Assembly (NCBI GenBank): GCA_038087875.1
Contig: CM075995.1
Coordinates: forward strand, 5,148,001 to 5,212,000
DNA: 64,000 nucleotides
Source: Malacoraja senta
Taxonomy: Eukaryota
Reading direction: 5' to 3'
Every line of letters starts with the position of its first letter. The stretch's first letter is position 1. The notes beneath the pieces are model-generated. The model saw only the letters and a list, made by a program, of their open reading frames with translations, was not told the DNA's origin and did no database searches. The translations under genes and the position numbers were made by a program. Positions 10,901 through 23,400 of the stretch are shown here, piece by piece.

Positions 10901-13900
10901 ACATTGTCCTACAGATTGTTAATATGGATGACAAATAACAATGGGACTACCAGTAATGCCAACAGCACGCTGCTGGTCACAGGCCCCTAATTTGAATAAA
11001 AACCCTTCTAGAAAGCAAATTTTTGTATCTGAATGGCTTGTTCATCCTGGATCCCACGTGATCTAACCTTCCTGACTAGCCAACCACATGGGACATTGTC
11101 AAAGGCCTTGCTAAAGTCCTTGTAGAGAACGTCTTCTGCCTTGCCCTTGTCAGGCCTTTCTCTTGGTGACCTCGTCAAATATCAGTTACATTTGTGAAAC
11201 ACAATCTCCTATACACAAATCCACGCTGGCTATCCCTAATCAGTCCTTATCTTTCCAAATGCAGATAGATTGTTGGTGTTATTGCGCAGAACTCGGAGAG
11301 CAAAGTTTAAAAGAAATATGTTCGGCCTGTGGCGGCTCCCAAGGGTCGTGCCATCATACCTGTCGAACCCCTCGGCACGGGAGTGGTTCAGTCCTGAGGC
11401 AGCCCTTAGCCAGAGGGTTTAAAGGCAGGGGTTTGGGTGCCATCTTTCTCTCGTTTGGTCTTCCCTACAGCCGGGGGGAACATAATTAAAGGTGCCTCTC
11501 AAAACACTGGACTTCGTGCTTCCTTTTGAGACCCACGCACCACATTGGTGACCCCGACGCTCCATTGGCGTCATGATGGAGAGAAGAGAAAACCCTACCT
11601 CCTCACGGCCCGGCCCTGTCTCTGGACGCGGTCTCGGTGAAACTGCCTACCTTCTGGACCACCCGGCCGCTCATCTGGTTCCAGCAGGCGGAGGCCCAGT
11701 TCAACCTGCGGGGCATCACGGTCGATGCCACCCGCTTCTATCACCTGGTGGGGGCCCCTCGACCAGGACACGGTTGAGGAGGTCACGGACTTCCTCGCAG
11801 CCCCCCCGGACACTGATAAATATCTCGGTCTTAAGGAGCTCCTGCTCCAGATTTATGGACTAAGTAGGATGGAGCGTGCTGCTAGGATCCTGCATATTGA
11901 GGGCCTAGGCGACCGACGGCCATCAAGCCTCCTAAAGGAGATGGTGGCTCTACTGGATGGGCACACGCCGTGCCTGCTATTCGAATATACTTACCTGCAT
12001 CTGCTGCCGGCCTACATTCGTCTGCAGCTCACAGACGTCTCCTTTGCAGACATGAGGGCCCTCGGGAGGCGCGCCGACGCGCTGTGGATGGCGCGCCCTG
12101 ATGACGTCAGCGCGCTGGCCGTCAGCAGAGACGGGGACGCTCTGAGGCCGACGCGCCCTGATGACGTCAACGCGCTGGCCGTCGGCAGGCGCGCCGATGA
12201 CGTCACCCTGGCAGCTCCCGATTTCCTCCAGTGGGGGGGGGGGGTGGGGAGCTGTGGAAGGAGTGACAGCTCCAGCCAGACGGCCCGTCAGATCCCCCCC
12301 CCCCCGCGGCCGTGAGGGGTACTGCACCTGCAGTCCAGCGGCAGCAAGCTGCAGGCACCACCAACAGGAGCCAGCAAGCTCCAAGTAACACCAACATGAG
12401 GCGCTGGTGCTATTACCACCAGCGCTGTGGTGCTGCAGCACGACTATGCCGCCAGCCGTGCACGTTCCCGGGAAATGCCTGGGCCGGCTGCCAATAGTTC
12501 CCGCGGCGGCCGGCCAAATTCACCGCCTCTTCGCCTGGGATCGGCGCTCCGGGACCCGCTTCCTCGTTGATACTGGAGCGGAGCTTAGCGTCCTGCCCCC
12601 TTCGCTGGCTGACATTCGTTCCGGTAAGCGGGGGCCCATCCTCACCACGGCGAATGGCAGCCCCATCCGCACATATGGAGTGCGCATGGTTCCGATCGTG
12701 TTCGGCTCCTGCCATTTCTCGTGGCGGTTCACCATTGCCGACGTCTCCCAGCCATTGCTCGGGGCCGATTTCCTCCGGGCGCATTCCCTCATGGTGGACG
12801 TCAGGCGTCAGCGCTTGGTCAACGCCGCTACAATGGAGCCGATCACGTTGCGTTTGTATCAACCGGTGGGACGGCCCCTGTCGTCCGTGGACTCCCGCTT
12901 CGCACGGATCTTGGCCGCGTTCCCAGACATTATGACCCCGCAGTTTCGATCATCGACCCCCGGCCGCGGAGTGGTACATTTTATCCAGACTACCGGCCCA
13001 CCTCTCCACGCACGAGCATGCCGACTGCCGCCGGATAAACTGCTTCTGGCATGGCGGGAATTCCGCACAATGGAGACCTTGGGGATCATCCGTCCTTCAA
13101 GCAGTCCTTGGGCGTCCCCACTCCACATGGTCCCTAAGTCAAGCGGGGGCTGGCGACCTTGCGGGGATTACCGACGGCTGAACGCCGCAACAACAGCGGA
13201 TCGATACCCCGTACCCCACATCCAGGACTTCACCGCCCATTTGGCTGGGGCCACAATATTTTCAAAAGTGGATCTGGTACGGGGTTATAACCAGATCCCG
13301 GTTCATCCGGATGACGTACCCAAGACGGCGATCATCACGCCATTCGGACTTTTTGAGTTCACGCGCATGCCGTTCGGCCTCGAGAACGCTGCGCAGGCCT
13401 TTCAACGCCTAATGGACGGGGTTTGTCACGACCTCGAATTCGTGTTTGTGTATCTGAACGACATCCTGGTGGCCAGCCGCTCGCAGCAGGAGCACTGCGC
13501 CCACCTTCGGCAGCTCTGTCAGCGGCTCAGCGAGCATGGTTTGGCCATCAACCTTGACAAGTGCCGTTTTGGTGTGACCGACATTGACTTCCTCGGCCAC
13601 TGCGCAAGGCGCGGTCCCCCTGTCTGACAGGGTCGACGCCATCCGTCGGTTTCCCCGCCCACGCATGGTGCGTGGCCTGCAGGAGTTTGTCGGCATGGTG
13701 GCGTTTTACCATCGTTTCGTGCCATCCGCGGCCCACATCATGCGGCCGCTGTATCAACTCCTGGCGGGTGGGCAGCACAAGAACGTTGAATGGACCCACA
13801 AGGCAGTGGCAGCTTTTGACGGCGCGAAGGAGGCCCTTGCTCGGGCCGCACTGCTGGTGCACCCGCGGGCAGATGCCCCGACTGCTCTCACGGCGGATGT

Positions 13901-16723
13901 CTCGGAGTCGGCGGTTGGTGCTGTGCTGGAGCAACTGACGGGCGGAGGTTGGCAGCCCCTGGCCTTCTTCAGCCGGCACCTCAATCGCGCGCAGACAAAA
14001 TACAGCGCGTTCGATCGCGAGCTCCTGGCTCTGTACCTGGCAGTGCGCCATTTTCGCTACTTCCTGGAGGGCCGCCCGTTCACCGCCTACACGGACCACA
14101 AGCCGCTCACTTTCGCCCTGGTGAAGGTTTCCGACCCCTGGTCCGCACGGCAGCAGCGGCAATTGGCCTACATTTCGGAGTATACAACGTCTATCCGCTA
14201 CATCGAGGGGAAAGAGAACCGGGTGGCCGCGCATTGTCCCGCCCCGCTCTCAACGCCGTGTTCGAGGTGGCGCCCGGAATGGATTATTCTGCTCTGGCAG
14301 AGGCACAGCTCACGGACGATGAGATGCCCGCCTACTGCCATCTCCGGCCTCCGCCTTGAGGATGTCCCTCTGGGTCCTGGAGGAGTGACAATCCTGTGCG
14401 ATGTATCGTCCGGTCAGCCGCGCCCCATCGTCCCTGCCACCTGGCGCCGGAGGGTGTTCGAGGTGATCCACGGACTGTCTCACCCATCAATCCGGGCGAC
14501 AACGGCACTAGTGGCCGCTCGTTTCATGTGGCACGGTCTGCGCAAGCAGGTTGGCCATTGGACTCGCACCTGCATTCCGTGCCAGACGGCGAAAATCCAG
14601 CGCCATGTCCGTGCGCCTCTCCAGGAGCTTGGTCTTCCTCACCGGCGATTCAACCATCTCCACGTAGACATCGTAGGGCCTCTCCCGCCGTCCCGGGGCA
14701 TTACCCACCTTCTCACAATGGTGGACCGCTTCACGCGGTGGCCGGAGGCCATTCCACTGGCCGATACTTCAACGGCTACGTGTGCTCGTGCGTTGTCCGC
14801 GCACTGGATTGCTCGCTTCGGGGTGCCGGCGCACATCTCCTCAGACCGGGGGCCACAGTTCACCTCCGAGCTGTGGTCAGCCATGGCTTGCTTGCTGGGG
14901 GTGCGGCTATACCACACCACGGCTTACCACCCGCAAGCTAACGGTCTGGTGGAGAGGTTCCACCGGCAGCTAAAGGCAGCACTGAAGGCGCGACTCTCCG
15001 GCCCGGACTGGATGGATGAGTTGCCGTGGGTCATGCTGGGCATCCGGACTGCTCCCAAAGAGGACTTGGCCTCATCATCGGCGGAGCTCGTTCGCGGCTC
15101 GCCACTCACGGTGCCCGGGGAGTTCGTGCCGTCGGCGTCGGGGCAGCAGGGAACGCCCTCATCCACCCTAAAGCGCCTTCACGAGCGAGTTGGCAGGCTC
15201 GCACCCGTCCCGACGTCCCGCCATGGGACATTTTGCCCGCACGTGCCATCAGCCCTCAGGGAATGCCCATACGTCTTCCTGCGCCGTGATGCCCACCGGA
15301 CGCCACTCCAGAGGCCGTACGAAGGCCCGTTCCGGGTGTTGGAACACGGGCAGTCGACTTTTGTCCTGGACATGGGGGGCTGGCCGGAGGCAGTGTCGAT
15401 TGACCGGTTGAAGCCGGCACACCTGGACATTGCCCAACCTCGGCTTCGAGGGCGCCCCCCTTCACGGCTCCCTCCGCCTGTCACTCCACCTGTCCTCCCG
15501 CCGGTCCCTCAACCTATCCCTCGACCTGCCCCTCCATCTATGCCTCCGCCAGCCCCACGATTTGCTGACTTCCGCACGCGGGCCGGCCGGGTCGTGCGCC
15601 CGCCGGTGCGTTTCGTGCCTCAGGTTCTGGGGGGGGGTCCTGTGGCAGCTCCCAAGGGTCGTGCCATGATACCTGTCGAACCCCTCGGCACGGGAGTGTT
15701 TCAGTCCGGAGGCGGCCCTTAGCCAGAGGGTTTAAAGGCAGGGGTTTGGGTGCCATCTTTCTCTCGTTTGGTCTTCCCTACAGCCGGGAGGAACATAATT
15801 AAAGGTGCCTCTCAAAACACTGGACTTCGTGCTTCCTTTTGAGACCCAAGCACCACAGGCCATTGTTTTTGCAATTCAAGGGTAGTGCAAGCCTGAAACG
15901 CATTGCCAGGTAACGTGGTTGTAGCGGCATATCTGATAGTGAAATGTGTTTATAGGCACAGGGATGTGCTGGTAATTGAGGGATGTGGATTAAGAGCAGG
16001 CAGATAATAGTTGGTCTTGGCATCGTGTTTGGCACAGACATTGTGGGCCGAGTGGCCTGTTCCTGTGCAGTATGTAGAGGGCAAGACTTAAAAGTGTTAT
16101 TAAAGTAAACTGGGCAAAATAATTGCAGAGAAATGGAAACTTGCGAGAGGGAAGGTGCTAGAGTCTTGAGCAAAACTCAAACTGCTGGAGGAACTCAGCG
16201 GATCTGGCAGCAGCCATGGAGGGAAAAGGACAGATGATGTTTCACAGAGTGCTGGAGTAACTCAGCGGGTCAGGCAGCATCTCCGGAGGACATGGATAGG
16301 TGACGTTGTGGGTCAGGACCCTTCTTCAGATTCGACACACCTGTGACAGCCCTTTACATGCCTGCGATCACCCCATTCATCAGCACTATTCTCCACACTA
16401 GGGACAATAGTGTGGGAGAATAGTGAAAGGCTTGCATAGAGTGGATGTGGAGAGTATGTTTCCACTAGTGGGAGAATTTAGGACTAGAGGTCGTAGTCTT
16501 AAAATTAAAGGACCTTCCTTTAGGAAGGAGACGAGGAGGGATTTCTTTAGTCAGATGGTGGTGAATCTGTGGAATTCTTTGCCTCGGAAGGCTGTGGAGG
16601 CCAAGTCACTGGATATTTTGAAGGCAGAGATAGATAGATTCTTTTTTTTTTTTTTTTAAATTAGAAGTAAGTACAATTGTATACAATCATATTTTCATAA
16701 TACATTTTATGTACAGCTTCTTA

Positions 16724-16756
<33 letters not shown>

Positions 16757-17380
16757 GTAATAAAGATAGATAGATTCTTGATTAGATATATGCAATCATT
16801 GGAAATAAGTAAAAAATCTGCAGATTAACAATTTGAATCGTCAACTGAGGAAGAATAGCACTTACATTGAAAGGAAGGAACAGAGCAAGCTGCAATATTG
16901 AAGATTATATTTATGTCGCATAGATAGATACTTATGTAAAACAATGTATTCGGAATTTTCATATGCAACATTGTAACTGCATATGCTACATTGTGTTCAT
17001 GCTAAGGGAAGATTTGAGTTTGCGAATTGGGTAGCAGAGCAGGTAGGTCGACTATTGTTAAATCTTTAAAATTAGATTTTTAATTTAATCAAATATGTAG
17101 GATTGGGAAAAATTGCGTCTACAAATTGTAACATGAAAGCATATTCATAACATGCATCACTCCCCAGTCTGCCATTCCATTGGCAGCTCCATTTGAAACT
17201 GTAAAGAGGACTAAATGATCTTAAGTCACTGAAGAATTTGACAACTGGAACTTTAGTCTGTATCTAGCAGTAATGTGAAATTATTTCCATTATGATTGTT
17301 TTAGATGTTTATAAACTAAATTGTTAATCTCAATGTTTTTCTGGTAGATAAAATTGAAATGGTACATGAGATTGAGATGA

Positions 17381-17412
<32 letters not shown>

Positions 17413-20400
17413 GATGATGAGACTAACAGTTCTGCCGTCATTGATGAACTATTTGATGTCCTGGAGGAAGAGGATGAAGATGATGAGATGAGTGACAAAA
17501 TGGCATGCAACAAAGAAATTGAAAGTAATCCAGCGGAGAAAAACGATGAGCTAAATATATCCTCAATGTCGCTCCTCGCGCCAATGGAAGAAACCGTTGA
17601 TGCAGTCACATATCAAAAGGTGGAGCTTCATTTTGGGGAGTACTGAGCATTATGTATTTCTTTTCCTTCTGGTGAATTTGTATGCTCAAAGGTAGCAATT
17701 TTCTTGGTAGAAATTGGAGCACAAGCCCATGCAGAACACAACATAGAAGCACTCTGTATTGCTTAAGCATCATCCATTACCCCACTTTCATTTACTTCTG
17801 CAGTGGAGAAATGTGACAATTCTATTTCTCACTAAAATGCTTGTAACACGTGGTTGCTGGAAAATCAAAGCATAGTTGAGTTTTGTTTTTTTAACTTTTT
17901 TTAAAGGGCACTATTCAAGGAGCAAGGAAATTGGCATGTTACATTAATCAACACTAAATTCACATGTGATTTAATGCTTGTTCTCTGAGCAGGAATAGGT
18001 CACTCAGCCCCTCAAGCACGCTCAGCCATTCAATGAGTTCATGGCTGATTTGTTTGCAACTTCAACTCTAAATTCCATCCTACCCTCACTAGCCTATCAC
18101 CCCTCTTCTTATCAAGAGTCGAATTCTTGCCATAAAAATATTTGAAGGCTCCATTCTCTGTAACATTAAACAAAAAACTCTCCATGCATGGGATTAAGTT
18201 GCCTGTAACTCTTCTAAACTCCAGTGGATAAAAGGAAAGCTTATCCAGCTGTCCTTCACATGACAGCCATTCTATTCTTTTAAGCATAAAACTGCTTCCA
18301 ATGCATTTGTCGTCTTCCATAAAGAAAGAAGGTGAATAGGGCAAACAATGAAGTAAAACACTTTCATCTTTGGAACTTTTGCAGTGCTAAGCACTAGCAG
18401 ATTTTGCAGTGCCAAAATGAGCAAAATCTCAACCTGTGAAATAAAAATGTTTGGGAATTGATAGGAGTAATGGGCCTATCAACTCCCAAACTCACTTTTA
18501 CTTCATTTGTTTTCATGTTACTCAGTAATATAATAAATTGCCCTTGCCCTTTATTTTGTGACACCCCTTATTTTTGGTGGCCCTGTGGGACCAAATGTTA
18601 TGATATGTTATGTTATAAATGTTATGCCCATATATTTTTCATGAAACCATGCACCCTGGGGAACTGGCTTAATGTTTTATTTGATTTTTATACGATTTCT
18701 AAAAAATTAACGCAATAATCTTAATAAAAAATTAAAGCATTTAGTTTTTCAGTGCAGCATGGCAACTCAACCTGAAACGTCACACATTCCTTCTCTCCAG
18801 GGATGCTGCCTGTCCCGCTGAGTTACTGCAGCATTTTGTGTATCTTCCATTGAAATCAATGTGGCTGCACTGCAAATGGCAGCTATGGTCAGTGTAAAGT
18901 ACATCTCTGCCCCAGGGCTTGGCACAATTGGCGATAGACTCTATCTTAAAGCAAGCACATCTGACCTGTTTTCGTTTTTTGAATTCCTTCTTGTAATGTG
19001 TAGTTGTGAAAATCAGCCATCATGCATTAGCCAGGAAACTATAGGCTGGTGAACCCAACATCAGTGGTGTGAGATTTACTGGACGGGTTTCTGAAGGACA
19101 GGAGCCACCAACATATGGACGGGCAGGGATTGTTCAGTGTTAGTTGCATGGCTCTGTGTCAACATGAATTTAAACAATTTGACAAGGTCCTGCATTATAG
19201 ATAGTTTGGAAAGTTGGATTGCATAGGATCCAGAGTGTACTTGCAAATTAGATACAAAATTCCTAGTGGAAGGAGTCTTGAATGTAAGTGAGGATTGTTA
19301 CTCAGATTAGAGGCCCTTGTCCAGTACTGTGCCACCCAGGGATTGGTGCTGGGTGTCATCCAAATTATTAGCATAGATAACAATGTTGTTGGAATGGAAA
19401 GTAAGTTTGCAGACAATAACAAAATTAGTGGAGTAGAGACAGAGCAGAGGACTAACTATCCTTGCAACAGGATGATTGGGGGAAGTGAACTACAAAATGG
19501 CAAATGCAATTTAACTCTGACAAATGCGATGTATTGCAGTTTAGAAAGTTAAACCTGCATTATCCTGGAGAGGAGTGTGGACAGCGAGACCTTGAGGTGC
19601 ATGTACAGTAAGTTCTCGTTTTAACGGGCCCCTTTATAACGGAGTTTGGTTATAGCTGACGGACCTGCCAACACCAGTCTGGCTCGCACCCCGCTTCCGA
19701 CCCCACTCCTGGCAAGCTAGGTGCACCAGTGAGCCCTTCATTCATTGCAGTCTGGTTGTCTCACGTTGTAGCCCCTGGGGACAGCAGCTTTCTTCAGGCC
19801 GCTGCCACGTATAGGACACGTTAGGTGACAGTGAGGCTCCCTCACTTCTGCTTCCTATTCTAGCTTTGTCCACTGGACCTCTTTCCCTCCCCCCCCCCCC
19901 TCCAGTGTTGCCTCCTCGTAATCCCGTCGCTCTCTCCACTCGGCCGCTTCCCCCCTGCTTAGTGACATGATTAGGCCCTGGCTGTGTTCTAATTGCGTAT
20001 GGTTTCCTTGTATTACAATAAGTTACACTTAAAGAAACAATGCAAAATTGACAAACCTAGTTTATTTTTCTTATATCCAACCTTTTCCCTTTTGTTTTAA
20101 GCAGTGCTGTGCCACCCAGGGATTGGTGCTGGGTGCACTGTTTGTCATCTAAATTATTAACATAGATAATATGCTTTTTTTTGCTCAGCACCCCCCCCCC
20201 CCCCCCACCTTTCATCACCTAAATTTCCTTCTTGTCAGGTTATATTCTCTATAGAATCTTGTTTGTAACTTTTTTCTTCCGTGTTCACAACATATCTGGA
20301 CTTCAATGGCCACTTTTGTAACGTCAATCAGCTTTTCCCAATTTGTATAAACTATTAAAAATCTAATGACAAATATAAGATATTCTTGTCATAAATCTAT

Positions 20401-23400
20401 TTATTAATTCCCTACACTTTATTATTTTGTGTTCTGTCATGCGGAAGCTTAACAACTATATATTTTCAGGAGAAATTTTGTTTTTGAAGAAAAATGTATT
20501 CATTGCTTTGAGTTCAACAATTGTGTTTTTGTTTAGCATATTTTAAAAATGATCATTTTGGCTAGATTCAATTAAAAATAAAATGTAAGTTACTGATGGA
20601 TTCAATTGTCAGATTTTGCTTTCTTCATACACAAACTTAATTCCACGCATACTTCAATGTGTTTTGCTACACAGGGGAGTGGTAAACCTGCAAGCAATAC
20701 AAAGGAGGGCAAATGCCAGCTAAAACCCATAACCAGATCAGAGTCGGCTGACAATGTAGGATCTTCAACTGATGAACACAAATTGTTATACAGGTATAAC
20801 AAAGTTTTTATTATTTTAACCTGGGGTGCTTTCTGATTAATGGAAGAATAATTTATACGCTGAAGTTTTATTTTCCCATAAATTGTTATTGTCCTTTAAT
20901 GTATTTGCTGTTTTTGATGCAGTTGTATTTTGGCTTACCTTTTATTTACCATGCTCCTACTTTGAGGTAAAAAATGTATAGGAAATAGGAAGAATTTTTT
21001 GCAAATTGTATTGGTTGAATATGAAGTGAGTGGGGGAAAGATGTCGATTTCTCCCAAGAGCTTTGACAAGGTGATATTTCTCCTTGTACAGGGGAGGGGG
21101 GGGGGGGGGGGGGGCGGGGCAGATATCCCTAAATTATCTGAGGGCCAAGTGTTAAACACCATCGGTGCTCTGGGCCAGACCTGTGGTTTCCCAAGCAGCT
21201 GATTGGCTTGGAGATTGCCAATGGCTCAGCTATCAAACCCAATGGGGTATGCAGGTCCATAGGACAACTTCAATCTATTAGTAAGAGGGTGGGTTAGGTA
21301 AGAAATACATTTTCACATGGGGAACAATTGATCTGAGTAAAATATGGGGACATTATACAGAATGTAAGGGAACTAAAACAGAAAATGCTGGAGATACTCA
21401 GCAGGTCGAGCAATGTCTCTGGAGAGAAAAAAACAAGTTAATGCTTCAGCTCAGTGATGCTGCCCAACCAGTTGATGATTTTTAGCAGTTGAAGATTTTA
21501 AAGGAACATGACTTAGTTAGTCTTGATGTTAATTTATTCAGCAAGATGCTTTTACAGGGCACTAACTTTGAATCTTTGTATTGTTGATTCCTATTGTTTT
21601 TGAAGCAGAAGTGTATTTTGAGTTTTAATTAATTTTGTTGTAATTTTCATTTTTAATTTGTCTTCTCGACCACCAACCTTTTTTTTCCAGTATTGATGCC
21701 TACAGATCGCAAAGAATTAAAAATATTGAGCGTCCTTCAGTGAAACAAGTCATTGTCCGTAAAGAGGATGTTTCTCAAAGACTTGAAGAGAAAATTAATG
21801 CACCGCCAAGTTCAATTAGCATAAAACAGAAGATGAAGGTAATGTCTTAATTGCAAGAAGACTATGCCATGTTGGACACTACATCGACCTAAATGCCTTT
21901 CAGGTTATGAATTTTGAAATAACATCATTAAAATTCAGTAGAAAAAAAAGACTGGAGTTTGCTATATTGAGTTTGGTTTGTGTTCTTTGAGGTGACATTT
22001 TCTGTCAATGTGGGCAGTAAAATCCTTCCATTTAATAATCTTTTTCTCGTATGTTAATTTGTTTCACTTTATTATTCCAAGAATCTGAACAATGAAATAA
22101 ATATCCAGCAAAGTGTTATCCACCAGGCAAGCCAGGCTTTAAACTGCTGTACAGATGAAGATCATGGGAAAGGATCTCAGCAGGAGGCCGAAGCTGAGAG
22201 GCTGCTACTGATTGCCTGTAAGAAACGCAACACAAAAGATTAAGTATCATTTCAGATTATACAATTTTCTTAAATACAAAGTTGACATATCATGGTCTCT
22301 GGAAAGGCTTATGCGCATTTAAACCAGAAAATGTATGAGCAATGATTGAGCAGTCATGCTATATTGAATCTGCTGTTAGGACATTTTTCAATATATATAT
22401 AATTCAAATCAATCTGCCTGAATTCACTAGTAGTTATAAATGTATTAGGTATTCAAATAACAGCAAATTGTTCTTTTTATATTGTAAGTACAAACAATTC
22501 CTTTGTTACGGTCATTTGGATTATGGAAACTCAACCTAACAGAAATCACAAATCATTACCAAAAAATCCAAGATGTGGAATAAAATTTGTTCTTATGGAA
22601 TTTATGTATGGGGTGGGGGGGAATTAAATTATATAAGCACAATGGCAAAAGAAACAACAGATTTTGTCTATTTTGTTTTTAACGTATTTGATATATGCTT
22701 CAATAATACCATTGGCTTTTTGCGCAGTTCTTTCAGTTTCCGAGCAGTTTATTTTCAGGAGTTTAGCATTTTATTTACCCTTAAAATGTCTAAATCTGGA
22801 CCATGAAAATTAAGTACAGTTTAGTTTTGGTTTAGAGATACAGCGCAGAAATAGGCCCTTCAAGTCGGTCCAACAAGTCGGCGCCGCCCAGCAATCGCCG
22901 CACACTAACGCTATCCTACGCACACCAGGACTCAGGGAGTACGTACAAACTCTGTACACACAGCACCTGCAGTCAGGATCGAGCCCGGGTCTCTGGTGTT
23001 GTAAGGCAGTAACCCTACTATCGTGCCACCCTGTTTGAATACTTAATCAACCACTTATTTATTAAGTATTTATTTAACCTATGTTATCTATATTTGAAAT
23101 GCATTAAAAAAGTGTGTGCCTCCATTCAGACTAAAGGCTGGAAGATGATGAGCATCTGCAGCCGCTTGTGTCTCCAAACGCAGCCGCAAGCGACTTAACT
23201 GACTGCTTGTCAGTTTCCAATGCAAATCTCTTCAGTGGCCCCTGCTGTGAACGAATAGTTGTGGTACTCATCCCATAGGAATGCATCTCCACTTATATTA
23301 TCTGATTCAATGGGAACTATATAAAATCACGATTTCTAAGAACGCAGCACATTATCATGGGGATAGCCGGCATTTAGATGATCGTTATCAATTGTCACTT

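Larger units (their letters stand above)
11328..15857 (+). mobile_element. Full-length Ty3/Gypsy LTR retrotransposon, CsRn1-like clade
   Basis: 217-bp LTRs at 11328-11544 and 15641-15857 (TGT...ACA, 7 mismatches by my count); GGCC target-site duplication; PBS TGGTGACCCCGACG (tRNA-Trp); G-run PPT at 15629-15637; gag-PR-RT-RH-IN order. Confidence 0.96.

Noticed and set aside
11163..15756. Many overlapping alternative-frame and antisense ORFs in the Gypsy element
   Set aside because: Expected by chance in very GC-rich sequence; no recognisable domains.
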